64,000 nt of DNA from Nitrospirales bacterium (GCA_965203295.1 CBDBCZ010000019.1:1856001-1920000), one strand, 5' to 3'. Shown: positions 32,225 through 42,182, numbered from the stretch's first letter. A program made the numbers and translations. Notes: a model not told the origin generated them from the sequence alone.

Positions 32225-32830
32225 TCAGGAAGCAAGAAGTTTATTTGCAAATTCCAAATCGGCCGGTGTATTCACATTAAAAAATGATAAAAGACGGTCG
32301 TCCAAGGACCTCATTTCGTCTTCAGGCACCAACCGAACGATAAGTTCCGATCGTTTGACAATCTCTTGAAGACGCAAGTTCCCTTCTTTTACCATCTCTT
32401 CGACAACAGGAAGGCAATGCTTAGAATAAAAGGCATGCATAGGTTGTAAGCCATGGGCCAAATCAGCCATCACGACATCCGAGGAAGGATCCTTGGTAGA
32501 CATACGAGAAATAACGTCGGGATTCAAAAATGGCATATCGCAACCTATCACAAAAATCCTGTCACTGGTGGCATGACTCAACCCAGTAAAAAGTCCCCCT
32601 ACCGTAGCCTTGTGAGGAATGATATCACGAAGAATACAGGCTTTCCTTGTATCAACTTCAGGGACCTCATCTCCAAACACGACAAAAACCTCTGAGAAGA
32701 TTCCTTCTAAAACACTCAACACTCTCGCAAAAAGAGATTTCCCCTCAACACACAGAAGCCGCTTATCACGACCCATCCGCTGACTGGTGCCCCCAGCCAA
32801 TAAAACCCCCGTAATCCCTGTTAGCTCCAT
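32225..32830 (-). CDS. mobA: Molybdenum cofactor guanylyltransferase
   Basis: LAGGTSQRMGRDK, GCDMPF, QPMHAFY, FFNVNTPAD. Confidence 0.92.
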   Translation of the reverse strand: MELTGITGVLLAGGTSQRMGRDKRLLCVEGKSLFARVLSVLEGIFSEVFVVFGDEVPEVDTRKACILRDIIPHKATVGGLFTGLSHATSDRIFVIGCDMPFLNPDVISRMSTKDPSSDVVMADLAHGLQPMHAFYSKHCLPVVEEMVKEGNLRLQEIVKRSELIVRLVPEDEMRSLDDRLLSFFNVNTPADLEFANKLLAS

Positions 32831-32854
32831 TTCCGGATTGATTGTATCGACGTC

Positions 32855-32885
32855 AAAAAAAAGGGGTAGGGAATCTCCCTACCCC
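32855..32885 (-). terminator. Intrinsic terminator of the bd-like oxidase/cytochrome operon
   Basis: Perfect stem GGGGTAGGGA-atc-TCCCTACCCC followed by T8 on the minus strand. Confidence 0.85.
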
Positions 32886-32922
32886 CGTCTGCTCCGCCGC
32901 TGGCGGGCTCGCGTGCCCGCGG

Positions 32923-34779
32923 CTACGTCGTTTTGCCTTTCCGGCGATTCGCCCGCCGGGTCAACACCCACCCTTCGATCCCCACAATCCCTAGCGTCAA
33001 GAACACGGGGTAAATATAGGCTTCTTGCGGGATCGGCGGCTCCATCACGAGATAATGAAACGCGGAGACGGCCATCTTCCGCCCCGCATCCCCATTGTGC
33101 CCGTCCCACGCAAAGAACACCATCGGGATGTATTTGCCTGCCTCTAGATAGGCATCTTCTTCATAGTCCCGCTTGATCGGCCGCGTGATGATGACCGTCC
33201 AGCGCCCATTCTTCCATTCTGCTTTCGTCAACTGCAGGTCTTCGGTCATATCCCGTTCCGTTAAGTCTTCATCCCAACCCGTGCCTTCCCATGCCATGAG
33301 ACTCCCATCCGCCATCCATTTGGTAATATCCATGGCGAATTTCTCATCTCCCCACAGATACCGCGGCTTCCGGGGTGCGGGTAACTCTTGCCACTTAATC
33401 GGAAATTCGAACGCAATCCCGTCGTTGTACACCTGATACCGATTCTGCCGCCACGCGATCGATTCTGGATGTGCCGGATCATCCTCGAAATTGGTCCCGC
33501 CCGGGGGCTGCTCCACCACGCCATAGTCCCACAGGTTGACTTCTGACCAGTCCCACTCCGCCTCGTCTTCCATCACGCTTTTCGTCCGGTCATCCCACTG
33601 GAAGAGAAACGAGATGTGCGTGTCGTTGAACAGCGATTGCACCCACGCATCATCAATCCGATTGACGAAGTTCCTGGGTTTATGCGTGATTTGTCCACCC
33701 AGCGCAATCCACCGCCGGGTCGCCATCGCCCACCGCTCATCGAGTTCATCCGTGGGCAGCTCGCCTTCGACAAATTTCGACGGGATCACGAAGTTGGCTT
33801 TCGGTTTGTCCGTTAAGCTGTCAATTGGGAACGCTTGCCCTTGTTGTAATTGCTGCGCGATCTCTTCCGTGACTTCTCCCCCGTTGATGTTGATTTCATT
33901 CACCCGCTCACATAAGGAGGCGACATAGTTGGCAATATCCCACCGGTCTTCAATCGAGGTGGTGTCGGCAAACGAGGGCATGGGGGTCCCATTGATCCCC
34001 GTAGAGAATGTCCGGAAGATATTCTTCACATTATATGCGTCTTGGCGGCTGCCCCGGAAGTTCCAACACTTATGCCAATCCGCTGGCTGGATGGGGAAGC
34101 CCCAGTCATCCTTCAGGTTGAAGGCATTGCCATCGCCTCGGCCTTCTAATCCGTGGCATTCAATACATTTTTTCTCCACCACGAGCTCCGCCCCACGCTT
34201 GATGCTTTCGGCATTCGGCTCTGTGGGCTGGAGTTGGTCCAACTGTAAGACTGCGAATGATTCAAATTCTTCATCCTGCCAGTCCCGGTCTTTGACGAGT
34301 TGGGTGGTGACAAACGTCAACACGTCTCGCCGCTGTTGTTCGGTGAGAATGCCTTCCCAGGAGGGCATGGCCGAGCCCGGCAGCCCATGCGTGACGGTTT
34401 GAAACAGGTCGACATCAATCAGCGGGAGTTCGCCACTAGCCGTATGACGGATCTTGAAGGTGCCTTGGTTGAAGTTTCGGGGCCGTGGCCACAACCGGTC
34501 GGCGCCTGGGCCATCGCCGGCGCCTTCGACGCCATGACACCATACACACTTCGTAAAATACACGCGTTTGCCGGCTTCAATCTGTTCGGCCGGTGGTGGC
34601 GCAGGCCGACTGCCGGCTTTAAAGCCTTCAGGCAGGTCCTCCCCCTCCTCTTGCGCCCAGGCGAGTCCGCCGCCCAGGAGGAGGCTCAGACTGGCGAGCA
34701 GCACGAGGCCTCTCCAGCCAGTCCTCCGTATCGTGTCTCCGTTGCTCATGATACTCCAATTTGTCTTCGTGATGGTCAT
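32923..34779 (-). CDS. Diheme cytochrome c fused to an EB_dh-like domain, C-terminally anchored (alternative NxrC-like)
   Basis: Signal peptide, CVWCH and CIECH, then FQWDD...WKNGRWTVIITR...FAWDG...GRK, and a C-terminal TM helix. Confidence 0.85.
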   Translation of the reverse strand: MTITKTNWSIMSNGDTIRRTGWRGLVLLASLSLLLGGGLAWAQEEGEDLPEGFKAGSRPAPPPAEQIEAGKRVYFTKCVWCHGVEGAGDGPGADRLWPRPRNFNQGTFKIRHTASGELPLIDVDLFQTVTHGLPGSAMPSWEGILTEQQRRDVLTFVTTQLVKDRDWQDEEFESFAVLQLDQLQPTEPNAESIKRGAELVVEKKCIECHGLEGRGDGNAFNLKDDWGFPIQPADWHKCWNFRGSRQDAYNVKNIFRTFSTGINGTPMPSFADTTSIEDRWDIANYVASLCERVNEININGGEVTEEIAQQLQQGQAFPIDSLTDKPKANFVIPSKFVEGELPTDELDERWAMATRRWIALGGQITHKPRNFVNRIDDAWVQSLFNDTHISFLFQWDDRTKSVMEDEAEWDWSEVNLWDYGVVEQPPGGTNFEDDPAHPESIAWRQNRYQVYNDGIAFEFPIKWQELPAPRKPRYLWGDEKFAMDITKWMADGSLMAWEGTGWDEDLTERDMTEDLQLTKAEWKNGRWTVIITRPIKRDYEEDAYLEAGKYIPMVFFAWDGHNGDAGRKMAVSAFHYLVMEPPIPQEAYIYPVFLTLGIVGIEGWVLTRRANRRKGKTT

Positions 34780-34794
34780 CCCACGGCCCTCCTT

Positions 34795-35760
34795 TTAATC
34801 CCAGGTCCGGGGATAATACCCCGTATGCCAATATTCAAACATCACGACTTTCCAGATTTCTTCGGTGGTCAAATGCTCCTTCCAGGGAGGCATAACAGAC
34901 GCCCAGGGGAAGCCTTCTGGCGGCAATCCAATGCCACCCTGCGCCACCCGCCAGAATACGAAGGTCTCTTGCAGCTGCGCGATCGTGCCGGCATCGGTGA
35001 AGTTGGCCGGGATCGGGTTAAAGGCATAGGCCCACAGCCCACGCCCATTCAGGTTATCCCCATGACAGAAGTGACAGTTTTGGAAGAAGATCTCACCGCC
35101 TTCCCGTACATACTTCGTATAGCCTTCGGCATTGGGATCCCACGGATTGTAATTAGGATCATTGACGTCTTTCATCAACCGTCCCATGTCCTGTGAGACA
35201 ATCCGCGCATCCGTGTAGGCTTGGTCGTACTTCCCGTCCACGTTCACGCGAAACGGATTCTCCGAGGTTTGCAGCACGAAGGTTTTGCCATGCACTTTCG
35301 TCGTCGCCGGAGGAGCTGGATGCACGGTCCGCAATTCAATCGGCTCTTCAAAACTTGGCTTAAACGAAGAAAATCCATACCAGCCCACCATCAACGGGAT
35401 CACGATCAACGCCACCAGGCGGATGGCCTTGTTCATCGGGTTGGTGGCATCCATGACATTCAACACGGGGCGCTTAAAGTCCTGCCATTCGATTTCCGAA
35501 CCCGACACCCACATAAACACGCCACACAGCGACACGGTACCGTAAATGGCCCGGACACTAAAGGGAATCGGGGGATAGATCCGGAACTTCAGATAGGCTT
35601 GGATGAACACCCAAACGAGGATCCCGGCCCAGAACTTTGGCACCCCCATCCCCGCCCTTTTGAGCGACCAATTGATCATCGAAAAGGCTAAAATACAGAT
35701 CGCCAACTCGCTGATCATCTGCATCGGCATGTACCCTTCGACTAATTTTAACCATGTCAT
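34795..35760 (-). CDS. Membrane-bound monoheme cytochrome c
   Basis: Several N-terminal TM helices, CHFCH, SVMPPW distal Met; start set at ATG 35760 after AGGAG. Confidence 0.85.
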   Translation of the reverse strand: MTWLKLVEGYMPMQMISELAICILAFSMINWSLKRAGMGVPKFWAGILVWVFIQAYLKFRIYPPIPFSVRAIYGTVSLCGVFMWVSGSEIEWQDFKRPVLNVMDATNPMNKAIRLVALIVIPLMVGWYGFSSFKPSFEEPIELRTVHPAPPATTKVHGKTFVLQTSENPFRVNVDGKYDQAYTDARIVSQDMGRLMKDVNDPNYNPWDPNAEGYTKYVREGGEIFFQNCHFCHGDNLNGRGLWAYAFNPIPANFTDAGTIAQLQETFVFWRVAQGGIGLPPEGFPWASVMPPWKEHLTTEEIWKVVMFEYWHTGYYPRTWD

Positions 35761-35807
35761 CGCCTGCAACTCCTGGTTAGGATTTTGGCTATTTTAAGAT
35801 TATTTCT

Positions 35808-37115
35808 CTATTCCATTGTAGGAGAGGGCTGGCCCTCTTTAACCTGGGACAAATAATCCACAATTTTGTTGACCGCACCAGCACTCAGCTTTAATCCAAA
35901 ATCTTTAGGCATTTGGTTGTCTGGGAAATCTTTGACCACAAACATACTGGGGTTCAAGATGGATTCCGTAACGTACTCTCGAACCGACCTGGCATTTCCC
36001 TTGTACGTGGGATCCTTCAACCGCTTAGGCGCACTGGATCCCTCTGCTAATAATGGCCCGACTTTTCCGACCGCACCTTCGATCCCAGGGATGGTGTGGC
36101 AAGCCGGACAACCTGCCTTCATAAAGAGATCGGTGATTGGCTCTTCACCGGTTGCAAGAATTCCTCCTGCAGCCGCTTCTTCCCCACTTGCCTCCGTAAT
36201 CCGGTCACCCTCAGGGATAAATTTTTCATAGGAGGCGATAATTTCCTCATAAGCGGGATTCTCGACACCCTCTCTGACATACATCCACGTGTCAACCGAA
36301 GCTAGTTCTCCCATTGATAGCGAAATTGGTGGCTTATGGATTCTCGGCATGGGGCTTTCCGTATCATTCGTACCTTTTACGCCAAATCCTGGAACCACGA
36401 AGCAATTTGGGCAGGCATGAGATTCGGCAATATATCCCTGGCCCGTTTCTGCGGTTCCAGAACCTGGGAACGACTCTTTTTGTACCGTATCCCTGGCTTC
36501 AGGATTCCCCTTATGGTATTTGGGATGGTCAAGACGTTTAACAGCCCTGGCTGGAATATCAAAAAGATTCGGAGCCCGCTCACTCAGGAATCCCTTCTGA
36601 AACCCATGACAGAGAGGGCATTGACCCTTACCAATGGCCCCCTGAACTTTGCTTTGCCCCAAGCCACCAAAAATAATTTTCTCCCCCTCGTCGGAAAGCT
36701 GTTGCGCCGACATGCTTTGAAAATCAAGTTTCACCACCGGGGGCGGAAACCCTCCCTCCACCTGAGGGAGCCAGTTCCCATAGCCTGACAAGGCAGCGGC
36801 CACGAAGAACATGAACCCCCCAATCTTCATGAGGGCCCCGATATTGGTGAAATAAATCCCCATGATATAAGTAAGGATGGTGATCATGACCAGCGACATA
36901 GGTAGGAGTCTATTTTCACCATAAAAATTATTTTTGTAATTTGCTATCGCGATAAACGCCATAAAAGCCGCGAGCATGCCGATAAGGGTCTTATGCATAA
37001 GACCCTTCTTTTTTTCAGCATCCTTCACCGAAGTGGCAAAGTACACCATAAACCCGATGAGAAAAAGAAAAACAGGCCATCCGATTGAAAAGGCTTCGCT
37101 TATTAAGCCCAGCAC
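35808..37115 (-). CDS. Membrane-bound diheme cytochrome c
   Basis: About four N-terminal TM helices, CPLCH and CPACH, extra HACPNC; GTG start with GGAGG RBS. Confidence 0.85.
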   Translation of the reverse strand: MLGLISEAFSIGWPVFLFLIGFMVYFATSVKDAEKKKGLMHKTLIGMLAAFMAFIAIANYKNNFYGENRLLPMSLVMITILTYIMGIYFTNIGALMKIGGFMFFVAAALSGYGNWLPQVEGGFPPPVVKLDFQSMSAQQLSDEGEKIIFGGLGQSKVQGAIGKGQCPLCHGFQKGFLSERAPNLFDIPARAVKRLDHPKYHKGNPEARDTVQKESFPGSGTAETGQGYIAESHACPNCFVVPGFGVKGTNDTESPMPRIHKPPISLSMGELASVDTWMYVREGVENPAYEEIIASYEKFIPEGDRITEASGEEAAAGGILATGEEPITDLFMKAGCPACHTIPGIEGAVGKVGPLLAEGSSAPKRLKDPTYKGNARSVREYVTESILNPSMFVVKDFPDNQMPKDFGLKLSAGAVNKIVDYLSQVKEGQPSPTME

Positions 37116-37131
37116 CTTAATCCCTCCCTCT

Positions 37132-37172
37132 AAAAACTGCCCGCAACTTTACTTACCATTAGGGGCGGTTTT
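37132..37172 (-). terminator. Intra-operon hairpin or partial terminator after the CydA-like gene
   Basis: Minus strand AAAACCGCCC...GGGCAGTTTTT. Confidence 0.45.
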
Positions 37173-37200
37173 CATTTAAGCCATTTAATTATGCGGATGT

Positions 37201-39165
37201 TCAGTGTCCTGTTGCCGGTTGAGGCGAAGGTGTACCCGGTACGGGCTCGGTCGCGGGTACAGGCGCCTTCTTCGCACCCAATGTCCCTAGCCAGAACACA
37301 AAGAGGATTGTTATCCAGAAAAATAGCACGTTAAAGGAAATCACATTCGCACCAAACCCGATTGTATGCGTGTATGCCCACGGTGAGTTGTCACGCATAA
37401 CCTCATTTACATGCCAGAACAGGCGAACGGATGAGCGAATATACCCCATTAATCCCATCATCCATGTAAATGCTGTCGCCAACATGATGAGGGCATATTG
37501 AGATCGCGGAGCAATTTTCCCCCACTGAATCGGCCCGAGTTGCCTCCCCCCTTTCAGCATTATGAGGTTCATCGGTGTCATTAAGAAAAGACAGGACAAG
37601 GTTCCGGCAACCTGAGGAACAGAAAGTCCGATTCGGACATTTGCAGGTATGAAGTATCCATACACAGCAAGCCAGATGTTATTTAATTGCGCGACGGTAA
37701 AGAATACGATCATAAATGTATTACCAAACCTCGACCAACTTACCGTAGGAACCCTATTACCTCGCTGGTACCATATAAAGCTTAAAATTGTGGTCATGAT
37801 GATGGCGTTAATTCCACCATTTTTAGCCGACATCACTCCGTAATTCCCCAATACTGGATGCTGCTGGCCTCCCATGGCCTTTAATTCGGCCGGGGTCATG
37901 ACAATGGTATGGGGCGTAATAAAGACCAGGAGACCCACCACCAAGATAAACACGAGATATTTTATATATCGTTGGAAGCGGTCTGCTCCGGTCATTCTTC
38001 CAAGAGCTTGCCATAGATAGTAATTCGTGGTCAGGAATAAAATCCCAATCATGGTGGCTTGAATAATAAACAACCAAGCCAAAAGTCCACCCATCAGGGT
38101 AATTCCCATTTGTTGACGATAGGCATAAACCTCTCGCATCAACCAATATCCTGCAAATGGTAAGGGGATTAAGAATGCCACCCCCAAACTCATGGCAATA
38201 TATCCCATCCAGTCATAATGGGCTCTCTCCTCGTCATTCTTTGCAGAAAGGAAGCGATAAGCCGCATACGCTGCCACCACGCCACCACCGAAGGCCATGT
38301 TACCCAAAATCCTGTGGACATTGAGAGGATTCCAAAGGGCCGTATGAAGGACATGCCAAATATTACCCAAATATCGTCCCTTCTCATCAACTCCTGCTGG
38401 AGACATCATGAACCCAATCCAAGAATTGGCGAGGAACATCAAAACCGTCCCAATCACATTGAGGACTACAGACATGCTGACGTGCAGCCACTTCAGAAGC
38501 CCCTCTTTCATCTTGTCCCAACCATAGTAATAGATATAGAGGGTTCCACTTTCAGCCACAAACATCAAAGCATAAATATGCATGACAGGCCGGAATATAC
38601 TAGAGAGGTAACCAAAGAAAGAGGGATACAATGTGAGGAAGGTAAATATTAGAATACCACCGAGAATGGCGGTCAATGAATAGGCAGTTAAGCTGATCTT
38701 AATAAAGTCATAGGCTAATTGGTCATATTTCTTAGCCATGGCTTTATCTTTTGAAACCAATCCAGCAAACTCAATGCACATACAAAAAATGGGAACCGCT
38801 AACACAAAGCTCCCATAATATAAATGCTGCTGATTAGCGACCCAGAGAAGAACACGACTTTCGAAATTATATCGGGGGTAAAACTCAGCGGTATCTTCTG
38901 TTTTAGGAGCCGGGGCACCAACCGCAGGACCTTCAATTTTGTAATACACATCGCGTCCCATCTCAATCTTCTCTGACTCTTCTCCCTCCACACCCTCCTG
39001 CTCAGCAACTACATCCGGAGGCGGTCCACCCACTGCCGGAGCTCCGCCACCTGCTAAGGCCGGAAGCGCCACGAAAATGGGGAGCAACAACATCACTCCC
39101 ATCGCGAAAAGCCCCGTGACTGCCAAGAGTTTCTTCCTGGCTGTGTTTTTCATGAGGCAACCCAT
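37201..39165 (-). CDS. Cytochrome bd-like oxidase subunit (CydA-related), copy 1
   Basis: QQHLYYGSF, FVAESG, ANSWIGFMMSP, LNVHRILGN, GLMGYIRS; many TM helices; RBS GGAGG. Confidence 0.88.
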   Translation of the reverse strand: MGCLMKNTARKKLLAVTGLFAMGVMLLLPIFVALPALAGGGAPAVGGPPPDVVAEQEGVEGEESEKIEMGRDVYYKIEGPAVGAPAPKTEDTAEFYPRYNFESRVLLWVANQQHLYYGSFVLAVPIFCMCIEFAGLVSKDKAMAKKYDQLAYDFIKISLTAYSLTAILGGILIFTFLTLYPSFFGYLSSIFRPVMHIYALMFVAESGTLYIYYYGWDKMKEGLLKWLHVSMSVVLNVIGTVLMFLANSWIGFMMSPAGVDEKGRYLGNIWHVLHTALWNPLNVHRILGNMAFGGGVVAAYAAYRFLSAKNDEERAHYDWMGYIAMSLGVAFLIPLPFAGYWLMREVYAYRQQMGITLMGGLLAWLFIIQATMIGILFLTTNYYLWQALGRMTGADRFQRYIKYLVFILVVGLLVFITPHTIVMTPAELKAMGGQQHPVLGNYGVMSAKNGGINAIIMTTILSFIWYQRGNRVPTVSWSRFGNTFMIVFFTVAQLNNIWLAVYGYFIPANVRIGLSVPQVAGTLSCLFLMTPMNLIMLKGGRQLGPIQWGKIAPRSQYALIMLATAFTWMMGLMGYIRSSVRLFWHVNEVMRDNSPWAYTHTIGFGANVISFNVLFFWITILFVFWLGTLGAKKAPVPATEPVPGTPSPQPATGH

Positions 39166-39239
39166 GACTACCTCCTTTTTTCCTTAATAACAAAATTCTT
39201 TGTTTCGGAGAAAATTTTCATTTCACGTAGTTCACTAAA

Positions 39240-39356
39240 TTAACGGAACATATAAAAATAATCCAATCCCTGCATATCCATCAGGAACCAATCCACGAAT
39301 TGGAAATAGGCGAGACAAATAACCAGGGAGACCACAACATAAATGACCGTTTGCAT
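39240..39356 (-). CDS. 38-aa single-TM protein heading the bd-like oxidase operon
   Basis: Not in the ORF track. MQTVIYVVVSLVICLAYFQFVDWFLMDMQGLDYFYMFR*; AAGGAGG 7 nt upstream; lies between the promoter and the CydA-like gene. Confidence 0.75.
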   Translation of the reverse strand: MQTVIYVVVSLVICLAYFQFVDWFLMDMQGLDYFYMFR

Positions 39357-39411
39357 CCGAGGACCTCCTTACTTAATTCACTTTACAGAATCAAGACAAA
39401 GTATCGCTGCC

Positions 39412-39440
39412 AACCTAAGCCTCAAGAGGACTTATGTCAA
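39412..39440 (-). promoter_or_regulatory. Sigma70-type promoter of the bd-like oxidase operon
   Basis: TTGACA-17 nt-TAGGTT. Confidence 0.6.
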
Positions 39441-39660
39441 CATGGACACTGAATCCCTGCAAACCAATAAAAAAACCATAGGCTGACAGCGCAGGTTACA
39501 TAAAACACAGCTTTTCCAATTTTAGTCTGAAGTTCAGGACTTAGAGATTGGCCCATAAGCCTCCATACCTAATTAGATGACCCTAATAAAAAATACTCTT
39601 GACACCAGATTTATGCATATGGTACTGAAATTCCTTTGTTTCATTCGAAAGGCTCAATTC

Positions 39661-39765
39661 ATGCGCACTAATGCAAAATTATTCGATATTGTAGTGCTGG
39701 CCGGAATGGTTGTCAATATTCTTCTGGCTGTCTTCCTCATCTTGTATTACTTCGATTTTCTTTAA
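39661..39765 (+). CDS. 34-aa single-TM protein
   Basis: MRTNAKLFDIVVLAGMVVNILLAVFLILYYFDFL*; AAAGG upstream and TTGACA at 39599. The track starts this ORF at 39577. Confidence 0.55.
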   Translation: MRTNAKLFDIVVLAGMVVNILLAVFLILYYFDFL

Positions 39766-40688
39766 GAAGATCCTCGTTCCGCGGAATTTTCAACCAAATT
39801 TCTTTCTTGAATTTTTTCTGATGATGCACATCGGAACCCTATGGTTTCGTCACGAAAGTCCGGCACCATAAAGCTTCGGTTTGTGATACGCAAATCTATT
39901 CCCCGACTTGTGTAGCCCCCTCCCCGTAACGTCTTATAAGACCCATAATCCGCAGCTTCAGAACTAGCCTGGGAAGTCGAAGAACCTTGATAGACTTGCT
40001 CTTCATACCAATCCATGACCCATTCCATCAAGTTTCCCGCCCCATCGTATACCCCAAACACACTTCGATCACGAGGAAAAGATCCCACAGGAGCCGTCGC
40101 CTCAAAGGGGTCTCCTGCCCCCCCCAAATTGGCAAAACGCGCATCAAATTGATTACCCCACGGGTACAACCGCCCATCTATTCCACGCATGGCCTTTTCC
40201 CATTCCGCTTCGGTAGGTAGTCGCTTTCCCTTCCATTGACAATAGGCTTGAGCATCACCCCAGGACACATACGTCACGGGCTGGTTGGAACCTCGAAGCT
40301 GGGACAACCGTTTGGCATAACGAGAGGGGGGCCCTGGCTTGCGATGCCTGGTGGATTCAACAAATTCTAAATAGTGATGATTCATCACTTCAAATCGATC
40401 GATCCAAAAGGCTTCGAGAGATAAAGTTCTTTCTGGGCCTTCATTAAAACCACCCTCATTAGTCCCTTGAATGAATTCACCGGTCGGGATTAAAACCATT
40501 TCCTCCTTCAAGTTTTTTTCTGATCGCTCGTCTACAGGCAATGCATCCTTATCATCCTCAAGGGCAGGAGCATTCATCAACACAGGATCTGAAGGAGGAG
40601 GGGTAGTTCCCTTCAGAATCCCAATGATAGGCACGCTTGTCAGAAAAAGGACAGCAAGAAGAAAAATAATTTTGAACCTGCCATCCAC
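39762..40688 (-). CDS. Membrane-anchored FGE/SUMF1/PvdO-domain protein
   Basis: PVTYVSW, RLPTEAEWEKA, YPWGN, GNLMEW, GFRCA. Confidence 0.9.
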   Translation of the reverse strand: MDGRFKIIFLLAVLFLTSVPIIGILKGTTPPPSDPVLMNAPALEDDKDALPVDERSEKNLKEEMVLIPTGEFIQGTNEGGFNEGPERTLSLEAFWIDRFEVMNHHYLEFVESTRHRKPGPPSRYAKRLSQLRGSNQPVTYVSWGDAQAYCQWKGKRLPTEAEWEKAMRGIDGRLYPWGNQFDARFANLGGAGDPFEATAPVGSFPRDRSVFGVYDGAGNLMEWVMDWYEEQVYQGSSTSQASSEAADYGSYKTLRGGGYTSRGIDLRITNRSFMVPDFRDETIGFRCASSEKIQERNLVENSAERGSS

Positions 40689-40780
40689 CCCTACTCATTC
40701 CTCGTTATGTCTATAAAAGATTCTCGCTGAGGGTCGATACGAGCCTGGCATAGGATGTCTTGTTGCAACATCCATAAACA

Positions 40781-41695
40781 TCAGGACTCTTTGGGCGATG
40801 ACTCAGCACTTGTGGCACAACGAAATCCAACAGTTGCATCGGTTCTCCACATTTTAGCTGAGAAACGTTTGGTTAACCGAGCGTTCAGCTTGCTCTCCCG
40901 CCAAGAGCCTCCGCGAATGACTTTAAATTCGGAGACCTCAGGACCAGGAGGATCACGATAAGGAGACTTTCGATAATATTCTGGATCGTAGGAATCTTCG
41001 ACCCACTCAGCAACATTACCTGTGACATCGTACAAGCCAAACGGACTTCGTCCATATTCCAATGCCCCTGTAATCCCAAGGTAGGCATATCCATCCTCTT
41101 CCCCATCAATATTGGCATATCCATATTGGAAGTCATTCCCCCAGGGATAGATCCGCCGGCCTTCTCCTCTAGCGGCTTTTTCCCATTCAGCTTCAGTGGG
41201 AAGACGCTTACCAGCCCACCGACAATAGGCAACCGCATCATTCCATGTCAGTCCCACAACAGGATAGTCAGGATTGACCAATTTTGAGATTTCATCTTCA
41301 AACACAGGCACCATGGGTTGCGCACGTTTGGTCATCTTCACAAATCGTTCGTATTCCGATTGGGTCACTTCTTTGAGATCGATCCAATAAGGACTCAGGT
41401 AAACAGGACGAGAAGGCCCTTCATCCGGATCTCCTTCGTCACTCCCCATCGTAAAGGGACCTTCTGGAATTTCAACCATCTCACGACCTTCATTTCCTAC
41501 CTTGGTTTTGTACATGGAAAAGTCTTGGACAGACATAGGCTTAATGACATTCGGTTTCGCGGATTGGAAGGAAACCACCATACTTTCACGTTCTTGCTTA
41601 GCTTTATAGGACTCCCATACCAGCATAGCAATCATGAGAATAAAGGACCCAAATACAAATATAATTGAGCCAATTAGGACCCCGCGATTTTCCAT
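40781..41695 (-). CDS. Membrane-anchored FGE/SUMF1/PvdO-domain protein
   Basis: FTMGS, RLPTEAEWEKAARG, GNVAEW, RGGSW, GFRCA. Confidence 0.9.
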   Translation of the reverse strand: MENRGVLIGSIIFVFGSFILMIAMLVWESYKAKQERESMVVSFQSAKPNVIKPMSVQDFSMYKTKVGNEGREMVEIPEGPFTMGSDEGDPDEGPSRPVYLSPYWIDLKEVTQSEYERFVKMTKRAQPMVPVFEDEISKLVNPDYPVVGLTWNDAVAYCRWAGKRLPTEAEWEKAARGEGRRIYPWGNDFQYGYANIDGEEDGYAYLGITGALEYGRSPFGLYDVTGNVAEWVEDSYDPEYYRKSPYRDPPGPEVSEFKVIRGGSWRESKLNARLTKRFSAKMWRTDATVGFRCATSAESSPKES

Positions 41696-41770
41696 AACCT
41701 CTTGAGCTAACTTTCGTTTTTGAGAGTAACCTCTGTGGTCAACCGTCCTGACTCAAGATTCAGCGATTGA

Positions 41771-42136
41771 CTAGTTTGGTTTCCTAGGATCAATTGGTGC
41801 CATAGAACCCTGGGATCGTTGCGCCAGCAAATCCAAAAGCATAGAAATCCAAATTCCTAGAAATCCTCCCATCGCCGCTCCTGCTCCAGCTCCTACAGTA
41901 ACATTCTCTGGGCCCGAGAGAGCCCAAGCAAGAGCTCCTCCCCCAACTGTTCCGATGAAAATTCCCACAAAAAACCCTTGTCCTCCAATGCACCCAATTC
42001 CAGCTCCAAGAAGAACTCCTAGCACCACAGCCACCGGGAAAAATGCTCCACCCATGAGCACCCCTATTAAGGTGCCTACCGTCCCCATCACTAACGCGCC
42101 CAAAATAATATCAATGACTCTTGATGTTCCCAACAT
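41771..42136 (-). CDS. Gly-rich small membrane protein
   Basis: About four Gly-zipper TM segments. Confidence 0.7.
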   Translation of the reverse strand: MLGTSRVIDIILGALVMGTVGTLIGVLMGGAFFPVAVVLGVLLGAGIGCIGGQGFFVGIFIGTVGGGALAWALSGPENVTVGAGAGAAMGGFLGIWISMLLDLLAQRSQGSMAPIDPRKPN

Positions 42137-42182
42137 CCTTTTACCTTATATTGACGGCATACGAGGACAGGAAACCAAGGGG

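Noticed and set aside
34300..35196. 298-aa plus-strand ORF
   Set aside because: Antisense shadow of GC-rich cytochrome genes, with no recognisable motifs. The other antisense ORFs in the track were dismissed for the same reason.
35808..37115. Calling this gene nitric oxide reductase NorC
   Set aside because: There is no NorB or other heme-copper subunit in the window, and the architecture (several TMs, diheme) differs.
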